Shown here in pieces: positions 49,001 through 57,939 of a stretch of DNA of 64,000 nt. A program made the position numbers and the translations under genes. This DNA is from a virus. The first letter of the stretch is position 1. Each line of letters begins with the position of its first letter. The notes under the pieces were generated by a model. It saw nothing but the letters and a program-made list of their open reading frames with translations. It did no database searches and was not told the origin of the DNA. The DNA lies in the IMG/VR virus record IMGVR_UViG_3300043466_002666; one strand, 5' to 3'.

Positions 49001-51089
49001 ATAATTGATATGATGAAATAGCTTTTCCTTCGACGCTAGCAATTTGTGCATTAAAGCCACTTCCTAAGTTTCCATCATTGTTTATTACTAATTTGTCATT
49101 TACTTTATAATTAATTCCTTTATTTTCAATAATTACTGAATTAATCTCACCATAATTGTACTTATTTGCAGTTAATACAGTTTTGTTTAGTTTGTAGGTT
49201 GTTTCTGGATTCAATTCAAAGACATTAGTATGATATAGTGATCCGCCATCCGCAATAATGGGCTGAGATGGCAACGCATGTAATCTAAAGATAATAGGAG
49301 TTGTATTTCTATCTCCATTCACATATCCTTTGATGAAATAACTTACTTCTCCGGCAGTCAAACATTCTCTACCATATAGAAATATATTAGTATTTGCAGA
49401 TACTGTTAATGAGCCAGGAGTCGTTAAAGTACAATTTATAAATTGAGTGGATGTCCTGCTTTCATAACGAATAATTTTATTGTTTACAAATAATCTTCCT
49501 TTCTTTTGTGGGAAATTAAATGTACTATTTACTGTAATTGTAGAACTTGATGAACTAGTTACAATAGTTGACTGAGTGGTAGTAGTTGAAGAAGGTAAGT
49601 ATAGCTTTTTATAATTTAATTTAGTATCAATTTCAAATTCATACACATTATCTTTTACTCTTGTAATTTCAGAAATATCTAATGAAGTTCCTGGAATCTT
49701 ATTTGTGATATCTCTTGATTGAACTAATTCAATAAAATCAACATTATCAAGATTTTTGATTGAACTGTAATCCTGCAGTAACTCACACCTAATTACTTTC
49801 TTCTCATAATAAGTCGCAGCAGAAGGTTTAATTAAATAATTTTTGGGATACTCTACTGTAGGATCTTGTGAAATAGTCTCAATAGATGGATTTCCTTCTT
49901 TATTAATGTCTGTGATTGGATATGCTTTTGCAATAAAAGATCTTGGGTTTTCCCCGCCTTCTCCAATAATTCTATCTCCGATTCTAAAATAACCAATAAT
50001 TTCAGTCAATAATAATTCATCTGCTCTAGGATCCCAACTATCTACTCTGGCAGATCCAGTTGTAACACCATTTGCATTTTGATTAATTATTTTTTGTCCT
50101 TGTGTAAAAGATCTATCTCTAACTCTTGCAGTAATTGGACCAATATAATTTTGTCCAGCATTAACAACTTGAACTGAAGTAATGGTTCCAGATGAATTCA
50201 TTCCAGTGACAACCATTTGAGCACTGGTTGGAACTTGATTAAGTTGATTAGGTGATCCAGTCCCAGAACCAAGAATATCAATTATTGGGGGAGATACTAA
50301 ATTTGATAAGTTATCTACTTCATAGTAATAATTTAATCCGCCAGAAACTAATTGAAATGCACTAATATCTCCACCATAATTTAAAATTTCAATTTTTGCA
50401 TCCTTTCCACCAGGAACTAGTTTTAATTTTAACTTTTTATCATTAAATAAAATTCGGAAAAATAATTGATGAGATTGCTCACTTCCCTTCGATAAGTAAA
50501 AGGATTTAATATTCTTTAAAAATGAAGATATATTAAGTTCTTCAGTTAATACTTCTGGTAATGTTGGCGATATTTCTGATCTAATTCTTCTGAGAAACTC
50601 CATGACAAAGGAGTACCCAAGATTAATAACTTTTGTGCGAGAAGTATGCTGTTCTGCCGCAGAACCAGTATTATATGAAATTTGATTAAATGGACTATTT
50701 TCTAATACAAATGCACTAGTTCCCCTAACGCAGTCTACAAACTGAGTCTGAGTTTTTGTTCTGTAGAATATAATTTCATCATCAATTGACACATATCCAT
50801 TTTTTTCTGGAAATCCTATAGTGCTATCTACAGAAATTGTAGTGCTGGATGCATTTATGGATGTAGATAATAATGTAGATTCTATTAACCTATTTGGATG
50901 ATAATATCCAATATTATAATATTCAATAAAATTCTTTACAACATCCAGGTACCCATATCTAGATTCTTGCGATTCGTAATATGAACTTAGAAAAGATACA
51001 AATTTTGGATTACTTTCTGCTACAAAAGATGGGAGCTGACGTTCAATTAATGTAGAAATATCTACAATCTTTTCCTTTAAACTGTTCAT
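43062..51089 (-). CDS. gp7: Baseplate wedge initiator (gp7-like), 2675 aa, with many repeated beta-sandwich units
   Basis: QLPSFV..F+..YYESQE, IKSFYLSKGSEQS, DSNYYQDWAY, HPAGYKVFG; repeated NGxxQxPxxDYTI; between gp6 and gp8. Confidence 0.85.
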   Translation of the reverse strand: MNSLKEKIVDISTLIERQLPSFVAESNPKFVSFLSSYYESQESRYGYLDVVKNFIEYYNIGYYHPNRLIESTLLSTSINASSTTISVDSTIGFPEKNGYVSIDDEIIFYRTKTQTQFVDCVRGTSAFVLENSPFNQISYNTGSAAEQHTSRTKVINLGYSFVMEFLRRIRSEISPTLPEVLTEELNISSFLKNIKSFYLSKGSEQSHQLFFRILFNDKKLKLKLVPGGKDAKIEILNYGGDISAFQLVSGGLNYYYEVDNLSNLVSPPIIDILGSGTGSPNQLNQVPTSAQMVVTGMNSSGTITSVQVVNAGQNYIGPITARVRDRSFTQGQKIINQNANGVTTGSARVDSWDPRADELLLTEIIGYFRIGDRIIGEGGENPRSFIAKAYPITDINKEGNPSIETISQDPTVEYPKNYLIKPSAATYYEKKVIRCELLQDYSSIKNLDNVDFIELVQSRDITNKIPGTSLDISEITRVKDNVYEFEIDTKLNYKKLYLPSSTTTTQSTIVTSSSSSTITVNSTFNFPQKKGRLFVNNKIIRYESRTSTQFINCTLTTPGSLTVSANTNIFLYGRECLTAGEVSYFIKGYVNGDRNTTPIIFRLHALPSQPIIADGGSLYHTNVFELNPETTYKLNKTVLTANKYNYGEINSVIIENKGINYKVNDKLVINNDGNLGSGFNAQIASVEGKAISSYQLSTINERAVITFTTSAPHGLATKDKVKFNNFLDTQTVYSIVSSTQFSIENVSNLSSITIAGLTYITNSRTASGSIDKIIITNKGKNYSSLPEVTGILTQNGYGALIQLNSDNIGKISKFEYSSIGNELIGNKLTQYPVVMPTTAKITNNFQIASILVKSGGLNYNPITDVVKVNGVVDPNCQFKVITSSGIVTEVQVIKGGFNFSSIPTITIDSAFGVGAVLEAKIKRKILEENDILSFVSNGSSVTCRVIHFDVPSSTVEYYPVSGTISENDIVYTKDGNVYGNIISIKTASAYCTPSPYTSYSYKFLDNFGFVSDSTQRIIDSNYYQDWAYTLVSQRNTSEWKSQVIQNTHPAGYKVFGKYRVENTTKLSERQEDSFNSSVLFKATLSNVANLNLKLSNCTTQTVYVDNYSAFSVGDFVFGNFSGTVGLITLIKDNYIEIQVLNNKSLLLSEYLFTISRDFACLGIDDTNSYFIFYSGILQTPRISYYISDSNFIPSFNLNSSDEIISHELDTPFTIIDYVVDNNKLILTKDDLNFVPNSYENLLISINGVVQAPTYTLSGNIVTLSQTIQSSDSIFILYHEQLKALTFSGSGTTYSINYSPSSSCNVLLFTNSVCQSQLLTDFSVVGNQVVLSESINVSNIFGWYIDETISCYIIDPATVNANKILQLDNCIIKKVTQYIESNSVKTQDSVHKITKTLLNGTVYSGTDTTTVYGLDTKFKYTSPEYSTSYVEVLNKITFDGSSKTFNLTYADGLPYTPVNGENSLLVNINNQVLDHDQYTLTGSSITFVQTYNSTDSCTVIDFNSKYLANTTNFKSAILDRLNVAQNGSRQIFNLSDRGVPQYIANIGDVFVIKNGILSKLTNQSHTISNNKITFTTAPSLSDVVKLAYFNRQLEPEKTKNVLLDSFGCLDGTQDTFPLSINGILFTPISAQHLVVILSGVHQKPGIDFTITGSSIQFANPLLAEDQVSVYYSYDGLNQNFAIDSFRMYNGIETRFGLTSNYVSSSVYSSSHLQVIKNGLYQYPEVDYTIEGLVDARNIKFTIPPTSTDTIDIVNYSAQNLVNITNRFTQLNPSSLQYTSQSPTIDTTVFLVYVNGILQVGNSWSFNSSTNILSFANFVSLTLDEVCIIAFTNPKRVIDPITFASGTNTYNLTISGSTITTDLPATKSDLILSLNGTEAISPSLYSISGSTITLLDPSLISGDIIYIYQIGSSTYQTQIVDNLNDDYSKSTYKLQVNYKSFNPPSASDIFVLRNGVVQNPIEDFTITNGSITFTTNITAADNIYLDYRHGSSKINISNVTGVSVTLSTTILPSQYKDLILYINGAPQFYENNFTISGNVVTLSSSVTIDSIFAILYAPITYIDSLVNCPDGVKTKFRLLYNNQNLIQSDIVEDADVLVSVNGVIQYPGVQYTITPNRGQIEFLVAPQETDDIFMIRMYGNKVINLTSVSGSNTVYNLSQQITSPEQENLVIFSNNTWKFDEINDYTYTTTSRITLSSNNTSTYVFGIKFAGIFHLLDQIHRPYNGINTKFNLFLNQENFVPPGTIENDSTPSDSSIVVIKNGKILDPGVDYTLDGDIKSQITFTTAPIQSDIISVKCVGSFMKLLSITSGFGGKVYDLKTQTNSPYYPNANISRPRPHENQIIVIKDGNIQSPLYDYYIDNNQLVFNSNTSATKIVVLDFKGSPEDMKIDNVYYQVNIGDKIFVDGETTSRTVTQILSPTVLKTASYSGTSPSGFDATSTLANGKLSGITITNGGTKYRHPVILRTIGSGYGAKATAPVNYTLGGKIESPVTIQYPGYNQYAAQRIVPTSYIFAETQTPLSTSNIRIGTKLASNITSTTEIIPLSNAQNFEESDISINITSSTGSSATFRPFISNGRIRKVEVITQGIGYDDRDVALTIVGGGGSGCVLKPVLDAMGRVISVQVKNSGEGYDTFRVIISTDVIEYTNIISNQLVGCTRLLSSTTHNQGDVVYFDKFI

Positions 51090-53266
51090 GAGCAGGTATC
51101 TGGAATAACTGGAGTAAAGTCTTCAATATTTTGATCTGGTGGTGGACAACCGAGCTGAATAAGTCGTTGTTCACTTTCATTATCTGTAAATCCTTGGGCT
51201 TCAATTTTATTATATATTTTTTGGCATTCATCAATAAAGTCAGTTGGCTGATCTACCGTAACACTTCCATCTGGATTTGTAGTAGTTGCAGTTCCATCAT
51301 CAGCTACGGTGGTGACACTTCCATCTGGGTTTGTTACAGTTGTTCCGGGAACATTTGTTACAGGATCTGTGCCAAACGGATCGCCAGATGGATACGGACT
51401 TGGATTCAATACGGATGGAATTGGTAGTGGTTGAGTGGTATCAAAATCATCTGGTGTAGTATTATTAGTACCAATAAATTCAATATCAATTAATTCTGTA
51501 GTTGGATATGTATCAGCACCAGTGGTGATATCAGCATTTTCAGGAATAACGTAAATATTTATTGGAGTATCTTGGCAGGAAGTAATAGAAAATTCTACTT
51601 CTCCAGTCTCATAATTAATTGTTCCTACTATACCAATAACTCTTTCCCTAGTAGTTAATAAGTAAATATTGTTATCTTGATCACATCCAGAGAAATCATT
51701 TCCAAATGCACCTAAAAATACTGGTTCATTGAAACCTTTTAGGCAGAATGGATCACTGATTAAAGTATATTTTGTTTGAATGTTATATTTTAATTTTGTG
51801 TAATATTTTAATTTATACTTATAGAATATATTCTCAACTAGTGTAACTGATCTTTTAAATAATGCTTTTAGAATGACAAATTTAATATTTGGATCAATAT
51901 CTCGCAATAAGCAAATTAATTTAGATGATGAAAATACACCATTAAAATTTTTAAATTCATCATCTAAATTATATTCTGTAATAATTTGCCTAGCAGCACT
52001 AATTAAAGTAGATGTAGTCCTTCTAGATTTTGCTTCATCAAAAATAATTTTAATATAAAGTTCAATATAAAATGCTATAGCATCTTCTATAATTGGAGTG
52101 ATAGAACCCACTGTATATGGTTGAATTTCGTCTTTAATTCTCTTCTTTTCTATGGTTGAGATAGATGAGCCCACTTTAGGCTTAATAGAAATAAAAACTT
52201 TACCATATTCTGGTGGTGATTTGGTTTCTCCACCCACAACTCGGACTAAATCTGCATTAGGATAGATATTTTGTAAAATACTTTCATAGTCACTGACCAC
52301 TACAGCTCTTTGTTGTGCAGCATAGTAACGTGGTGCCCTATACTTGATAGATCTAATTGGCTCAAATTCAGATCCACCATCTGTTTTAGTTGCTAGTGCA
52401 GTTGGAACTACATTTACTGTGCCAATTTGAGTACCAACTCCAAGATTATAACCGATGGTAGATCCAATAAATTTTAATTCTGATGTAGAAATATTGTTTG
52501 ATTGCGAACCACTAGATACGATATAATTTACGACTACAATCTCTCCATTTTGGAGCTTTCTACCAATTACGTCGTCCCCAAATACTATCTCATATTTTTG
52601 ATCTTGAACTTCTTCTACAAAAAAGATTCTATCTGCAGCACCAACTCCAACAATACTAAGTTTTTTCTGGTACTCTACTTCTAAATTTGTTGCAGGATCT
52701 GAAATTACATAAACTTTGATAGATTCTGCATCAACATAATTATTTGGAACAAAAAATCTCTGATTTTCATTAGATTCATCTACAGTATACCTAATTGAAA
52801 ACTCAGCTCCTTCCTGAACCTCTACATTTTCAAATGTTACACTATTATTGCCTTGAGTATCCTTAGTAATTTCATTTCTAAGAATAAATGTGTAATTTTT
52901 ATTATTTTGAGTTACTGAGAAAATAGGTCCTGGGGTTAAATTTACAGATTGATATTGAGAAACATTGTTTACAGTAATATTATAGCTAATTTTTGCGGAT
53001 ACATATGAATTTGGAGTATATCCAAGTTTTTTTGCATGTGAAACTACATTATCACGAAGAACAGCAGTATCCAAATTTAATTCATTTGCTGCCATATTAA
53101 TATTATATGACGAATACATGCTGTTATATGCCAATACATCCACCAACATGGATAAATTGGACCCTTCAAAGTCATAGTCTTTGAAGTCAGTTTTAGTTTT
53201 GATGAAATTTTTAATGGATTCTCTGATTTGATCGAATTCTAATGCAGAGATAGTAGGTAGTTCCAT
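51086..53266 (-). CDS. gp6: Baseplate wedge subunit with a low-complexity C-terminal extension
   Basis: FKDYDFEGSNLSMLVDVLAYN, AKKLGYTP, FGDDVIG, QQRAVVVSDY, YGKVFISIKP. Confidence 0.95.
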   Translation of the reverse strand: MELPTISALEFDQIRESIKNFIKTKTDFKDYDFEGSNLSMLVDVLAYNSMYSSYNINMAANELNLDTAVLRDNVVSHAKKLGYTPNSYVSAKISYNITVNNVSQYQSVNLTPGPIFSVTQNNKNYTFILRNEITKDTQGNNSVTFENVEVQEGAEFSIRYTVDESNENQRFFVPNNYVDAESIKVYVISDPATNLEVEYQKKLSIVGVGAADRIFFVEEVQDQKYEIVFGDDVIGRKLQNGEIVVVNYIVSSGSQSNNISTSELKFIGSTIGYNLGVGTQIGTVNVVPTALATKTDGGSEFEPIRSIKYRAPRYYAAQQRAVVVSDYESILQNIYPNADLVRVVGGETKSPPEYGKVFISIKPKVGSSISTIEKKRIKDEIQPYTVGSITPIIEDAIAFYIELYIKIIFDEAKSRRTTSTLISAARQIITEYNLDDEFKNFNGVFSSSKLICLLRDIDPNIKFVILKALFKRSVTLVENIFYKYKLKYYTKLKYNIQTKYTLISDPFCLKGFNEPVFLGAFGNDFSGCDQDNNIYLLTTRERVIGIVGTINYETGEVEFSITSCQDTPINIYVIPENADITTGADTYPTTELIDIEFIGTNNTTPDDFDTTQPLPIPSVLNPSPYPSGDPFGTDPVTNVPGTTVTNPDGSVTTVADDGTATTTNPDGSVTVDQPTDFIDECQKIYNKIEAQGFTDNESEQRLIQLGCPPPDQNIEDFTPVIPDTCS

Positions 53267-53269
53267 TTA

Positions 53270-53686
53270 TTAGCTTTCTCTTACGAGGATAAAATCTACG
53301 GTTTGCACAACTGGAGGTAATCCAACTATGAAATATTCTATAGTTACATCAAATTCGTTAGAATCATCATCATTATTAACTGTAATATTCTCTAGTGTAA
53401 TTCTAGGCTCATATGTAATAAGTACAGTCTCAATTTCTTCAATTAATGAGGTTGCAGAAAATGTCGAATTTAGTTCAAATAAGTAACTAGTTGTATCCGT
53501 TCCAATTAATGGATTGAATAATCTTTCACCTAATTTAGTTAAAACTAAATTTTTAACTGATTGCTTAATAGCTTCCTCATTTTTTAACACCACAATGTCC
53601 TTGGTGACTGGATTTAAACCAAAATTTAAGCTAATGTCTTTAAAAGACCTAGAAATTTTGCCTAATTCTTGAGAAACGGTGGACAT
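53270..53686 (-). CDS. gp25: Baseplate wedge subunit (gpW/gp25 family)
   Basis: FKDISLNF, AIKQSVKNLVLT..GERLFNP, YEPRI. Confidence 0.95.
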   Translation of the reverse strand: MSTVSQELGKISRSFKDISLNFGLNPVTKDIVVLKNEEAIKQSVKNLVLTKLGERLFNPLIGTDTTSYLFELNSTFSATSLIEEIETVLITYEPRITLENITVNNDDDSNEFDVTIEYFIVGLPPVVQTVDFILVRES

Positions 53687-53712
53687 TAAGGTAAAAAACT
53701 AGTAGTTATAAA

Positions 53713-53868
53713 CTATTTAGATACATCTTCAAAGTATTCACAGTAATCAATACTATATTTTTTTAATTTTTGAGTTTTTTGAGGAACATAGTCAGTAACT
53801 AATCTAGTTGTTCCCCACATAGTTTTCATATATGTGGTGTCCCTATCGGGATTTGGATGCATTGCCAT
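53713..53868 (-). CDS. Small hypothetical protein (51 aa)
   Basis: Not in ORF track. MAMHPNPDRDTTYMKTMWGTTRLVTDY...; GGAG SD; late promoter ATAAATA at 53929-53935. Confidence 0.7.
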   Translation of the reverse strand: MAMHPNPDRDTTYMKTMWGTTRLVTDYVPQKTQKLKKYSIDYCEYFEDVSK

Positions 53869-53939
53869 CTGTTTTCTCCAAAAATGGGTCTAACAGAACT
53901 TTTAAAGGGGTTTCTATCCCTTCGATGATATTTATTAAT

Positions 53940-53962
53940 AAAAAAGGAGGTCATAGACCTCC
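53940..53962 (-). terminator. Intrinsic terminator
   Basis: GGAGGTC-TAT-GACCTCC followed by T6 on the minus strand. Confidence 0.8.
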
Positions 53963-53972
53963 AAATACTATA

Positions 53973-54116
53973 TTATCGACCTTGACCTCGATAAGCTTTT
54001 TTCCGACCATTACGACTCGTAGCAGAGAGTCGGGTGTTTTTTGAACGACCTTGACGGGTCATTTTGGGGTTGCCGGGTGTGTATCCAGACTTGTTAAAAC
54101 TAGGTGCTTTTGCCAT
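53973..54116 (-). CDS. Small highly basic protein (47 aa, C-terminal YRGQG)
   Basis: Not in ORF track. MAKAPSFNKSGYTPGNPKMTRQGRSKNTRLSATSRNGRKKAYRGQGR; starts right after the PAAR stop. Confidence 0.8.
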   Translation of the reverse strand: MAKAPSFNKSGYTPGNPKMTRQGRSKNTRLSATSRNGRKKAYRGQGR

Positions 54117-54117
54117 G

Positions 54118-54441
54118 TTAGTTCACGAATACGTTGGTGGGAACAGGTAATATTATACGGGGTGAAACGGTATTTGTCAAGTCCCCTACGTGCCCAGATG
54201 GCCTTCCGTTAACAAAGACTTTGCTTGGTGCAATGATGGTCCTTGCAAGAGGGGCACAGCTTGTGTTAGGACACACTGGAAAGCCTGGTGCAGGGGTTAG
54301 AACGTCCCCTGCCTTGGCTCGGGGTCTTCCATTGGCAAATACGGTAGACACAATAGGAGTCACAATATTTGGTGGATAGACACAGCATGGTCTAAATGAA
54401 ATCGAATCTGGATTTCCTAATGCTGCTATTGGTCTTGTCAT
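54118..54441 (-). CDS. PAAR-repeat spike tip protein (T4 gp5.4-like)
   Basis: RPIAALG, VFANGRPRAKAGD, VFVNGRPSGHVGD, NVFVN; Cys-rich. Confidence 0.88.
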   Translation of the reverse strand: MTRPIAALGNPDSISFRPCCVYPPNIVTPIVSTVFANGRPRAKAGDVLTPAPGFPVCPNTSCAPLARTIIAPSKVFVNGRPSGHVGDLTNTVSPRIILPVPTNVFVN

Positions 54442-57400
54442 ACGGCTTTATTTTGAATTGAAATTGGCCAAAATTGAGACAAGTAATTATTCTTCTGATA
54501 ACTATGAATTGCATAGTTACTACCTGAGAATGGAGTTAAAGTACTTTCAAATAACAAAACTTCTCCACTTTCAGTAGTTCCAGATCCATCGGATGTTGCA
54601 GTGAAGATAGTTCCTACACCATATCCATCTGGAGCACCATAATCTTTCCAGTTAACAGATCCAAGAGTCTTAATTATATATGTTACCTCAGATTGAATAT
54701 CGCCTGAGTTTGCAGTTTTTTCAAATGATGATGTGGTATCAAACATTTCTCTTGTGCATTGCAAAAATTGAGTTTCAGTTTTATCTTTATAATAGATAAT
54801 CTCTTCTCCAAGGTAATAATGATATAGTGTCTCATTTCTTGTTTCTGGGTTCACATCTTTCTTCACAATGAATTTTGGAATAATCAAATACCCAGCAGAA
54901 ATAAAATCATGAGTACTATTTACAGTAATAGTAGTATCTGATGTTTTTAGTTCTTGAGTAAGCTTTGCATATGGAGGTTCATCCATATATGGGTTACCCT
55001 TGTTCTTGACTGCACTTGAAAGATTTTTGCTGACTTCATTTACTCTAAAATTTAAAATTTTATCAAAGGTAACTTGGTAGTTTGTATCATTACCATGCCA
55101 GAAGGTAGTTGGTGCTGGTCCTGCTGCCCATGCAGTAGTACTACCTCCAATTGGTGGAGCTGGGAAAGCAACTGCAGAAATAGTTACTGTAGTAATAAAT
55201 CCTTCACCATCAACATTAACATTAGCTTGCCAACCAGTTCCACTTGATGGAGATATGCTGCCCGTCCAGCGAGGAATAGATTTGATCTGAATTTCTATGT
55301 TATTGGCATCAGAATCTGGGAATAATGCAGAATCATCAACAAAACTAAAGTCTTCAATAACGTATTCTAAAGATTTAAATCTAGGTGGAATACGATATGC
55401 AGCTTCAGTTTTAAATACTTGACTAGATTTATCTTCACCTTCAATCAGTGGAGGTAGATTTGGAATAGTTGTTTTCTTTGGTACAGATCCACCAATAGTT
55501 TCAATAGCTCTCAATAGAGTGTTTTGCAGCGAATTTTCATTGGAAATGACTTGTTTGTACATTTCCTCAGGTAAATTGATGTTTGCAAAATTAAAACTAT
55601 TCTGTAAATTTGATGTAATGATACCCTCAAGTTCTTCTTTACTGTAAGTTTTAGGTGTTTTTACATCAACACATGGATCAAAGTTAGTATCATTTTGAAT
55701 TGGTGCAATATATTCATTAAAAGTCTTAAATTCACTGTGCGGATAGTAGACTTTTGAGTAGTCTGGAGTAACATTGTTATCGCATTCAGAGTCTTTTACT
55801 GCTTGGACAGTACGAGTTCCTAATTTTAATCTCTCAGTATCAACAATTTCTCTTTGAATGGTAAGAAAATCAGATGAAGAAAGCTTAGAAATCCAACTGT
55901 CAAGCTCATTTTTCTCTGCAGGGCGATTAAAATACGTCCAAAATACATTGTTTACCTCATATGCAGCATCATTTGCAGGAGAAACACATAAAAATTGCTG
56001 CTGTAAGTAATAACTATCATCACTTAGAATAACACTACCCAGTATAAACTTACCTAATTCATCTTCTAAGTAAGTAGATTCGCAGAATCCATCTCTAGAA
56101 TAGAATAATGGTGTATAAGTATAGAACTTTTTATCATTACTGACATAAACTCCACATACTGCAGACCTATCAATAATGCCTTTGCCAGCAATAACCTGAA
56201 TTCTGTTCTCTGGAATTATTGCACTATTCTGAACTCTGGTTACATTCCACCCACGAACAAAGGTATTGTTTTTATTATCTTGTTTTTTAAACCAAACCTT
56301 AAAGCTTTTGCTGTCTACTACTTCAATTTGTGATACAAAAACAAAAGATTCTTCTACTCCAGATGCAGTTTGATCATCAGTAATAGAAATTTGAATATCA
56401 TTATTGTCACTAATAGTAGTTTCATCTAAGAATGTAACTAGATAATACTTTCTATTATCAGAATCATTAGAACCACCTTCATCATTTTTATTCTTTGCTT
56501 GTATTCTAATATCCTTAGTTGTAGTTAACTGAATATCTTTGTTCTTGTTATCATCAAAAACATGATAAACAGGACTAGTATATTGAGGAGTACTAGGAGT
56601 ATTTTTAGAATAGTATTGATCCTTCACAAATGGAGCACTGCCCCCACTAATCTCTGCATAACATAAGATTTGGTTTGAAATGTTATTTGCAAGACCAGTA
56701 TTAGTAAATTTTACGTTTCTAACCTTTTTCTTGTTTTTATACTTAAGAGGTTTAGTAAGAAAGATTTTGAGTCCTTGAATACTATCTACGTAGGTCTCTT
56801 TTTGAATGCCATACCCAATAACTTTATCACCAACATTGATAATTCTATCCTCTGCTCCGTCGTTTTTGTTAATGAAGATAAACCCAGGAGTCTTATTATT
56901 CTCAGAAACTTTAGAGACTCTTCTTCTAACGGACTCTGTGGTTCTCAGAGATTTCTCGTCAAAGTGCTCAGAGTTATAGTTAACTACTTTGTTTACTGTC
57001 CAACCATTGATGATATCACCAACAGCAATCATATCTTTATTGGTGGTATTCTCATAGTAAAAGAATATCTTATTGTCGAGTGTACCGCCATGGTATGCAA
57101 TACTACCTTCAGGTAGGCCAATTACTTGACTGTCTACTCTAGCAAGTGTGAATGTACCGCTAACACTTGTACTGGATACTGCATATTCTGGGCAAGGTGC
57201 TGGTGCCTCAGGATCTGTACTCGGTGGTGGAGTAGTTACAGTAATACCTCCCACAGGACGTGCAGGAAGTGTATGAGTTAATGGCCACTCAAAGATATGA
57301 TAGAAGTATTGTTCGTCGTATACTTTATCTGCTTTGCAATATCTTTCATAGACTGGTCTACTCTTGATATCATCACCAGAACCAATAATCTCATATTCTG

Positions 57401-57686
57401 GTTGATAAAATACTTGATCAACAAAGTTTACATTCTCGCCATTAGAATTCTCTGTATCAATGGCAGGAACTTGAATTACAGTTCTGCGAAGCTTTTCTTG
57501 CTTACTGCCATTCTGTATAGTTTTATTTGCAGCATCAGGTGGTCTTACTTCGTACCAGTATTTCTCAATATAAGGAAAAGTTATAGTTATCTGAGCTGGT
57601 GGTTGTCCTTCTGGTGCTGGACATTCGGAATATGTAAAAGTTAATTCTGCATCCTTGGGATCTTTTTTTGGACTACAATTAGCCAT
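54438..57686 (-). CDS. Large hypothetical protein, probably virion/baseplate-associated
   Basis: 1082 aa; the C-terminal TITVNSTHDF..AGYL...EIIYYKDKTETQF domain also occurs in gp7; coupled to the PAAR gene. Confidence 0.7.
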   Translation of the reverse strand: MANCSPKKDPKDAELTFTYSECPAPEGQPPAQITITFPYIEKYWYEVRPPDAANKTIQNGSKQEKLRRTVIQVPAIDTENSNGENVNFVDQVFYQPEYEIIGSGDDIKSRPVYERYCKADKVYDEQYFYHIFEWPLTHTLPARPVGGITVTTPPPSTDPEAPAPCPEYAVSSTSVSGTFTLARVDSQVIGLPEGSIAYHGGTLDNKIFFYYENTTNKDMIAVGDIINGWTVNKVVNYNSEHFDEKSLRTTESVRRRVSKVSENNKTPGFIFINKNDGAEDRIINVGDKVIGYGIQKETYVDSIQGLKIFLTKPLKYKNKKKVRNVKFTNTGLANNISNQILCYAEISGGSAPFVKDQYYSKNTPSTPQYTSPVYHVFDDNKNKDIQLTTTKDIRIQAKNKNDEGGSNDSDNRKYYLVTFLDETTISDNNDIQISITDDQTASGVEESFVFVSQIEVVDSKSFKVWFKKQDNKNNTFVRGWNVTRVQNSAIIPENRIQVIAGKGIIDRSAVCGVYVSNDKKFYTYTPLFYSRDGFCESTYLEDELGKFILGSVILSDDSYYLQQQFLCVSPANDAAYEVNNVFWTYFNRPAEKNELDSWISKLSSSDFLTIQREIVDTERLKLGTRTVQAVKDSECDNNVTPDYSKVYYPHSEFKTFNEYIAPIQNDTNFDPCVDVKTPKTYSKEELEGIITSNLQNSFNFANINLPEEMYKQVISNENSLQNTLLRAIETIGGSVPKKTTIPNLPPLIEGEDKSSQVFKTEAAYRIPPRFKSLEYVIEDFSFVDDSALFPDSDANNIEIQIKSIPRWTGSISPSSGTGWQANVNVDGEGFITTVTISAVAFPAPPIGGSTTAWAAGPAPTTFWHGNDTNYQVTFDKILNFRVNEVSKNLSSAVKNKGNPYMDEPPYAKLTQELKTSDTTITVNSTHDFISAGYLIIPKFIVKKDVNPETRNETLYHYYLGEEIIYYKDKTETQFLQCTREMFDTTSSFEKTANSGDIQSEVTYIIKTLGSVNWKDYGAPDGYGVGTIFTATSDGSGTTESGEVLLFESTLTPFSGSNYAIHSYQKNNYLSQFWPISIQNKAV

Positions 57687-57698
57687 ATGTATAAGTCA

Positions 57699-57881
57699 TC
57701 AGTCTCCTACTTTATGTATGCGAATACCAGGAGTATCATGATGATCAAAGTATTCAAATTCTAAAGTATCACCCTCAATCCATTGCATTTCATCGAGAAT
57801 CTCATCGGGGAATGTAATGAAATATTCGCCAGATTTATTATCGTACTGTACTTCTGTGGTAAATGAAGAAAATGTAGACAT
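57699..57881 (-). CDS. Small AbrB/MazE-like hypothetical protein
   Basis: YFITFPDEILDEMQWIEGDTLEF resembles a swapped-hairpin pattern. Confidence 0.6.
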   Translation of the reverse strand: MSTFSSFTTEVQYDNKSGEYFITFPDEILDEMQWIEGDTLEFEYFDHHDTPGIRIHKVGD

Positions 57882-57939
57882 AGTTTGTGTAATAACATAA
57901 TTTATATAGTTGCATAAATAATTAAAAATTTCAACAAGT

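Noticed and set aside
342-57644. Many plus-strand and alternate-frame ORFs in the track (e.g. 6193..6693, 17184..17540, 37064..37564)
   Set aside because: They are antisense or frame shadows of well-supported minus-strand genes, with no SD, promoter or recognisable motifs.
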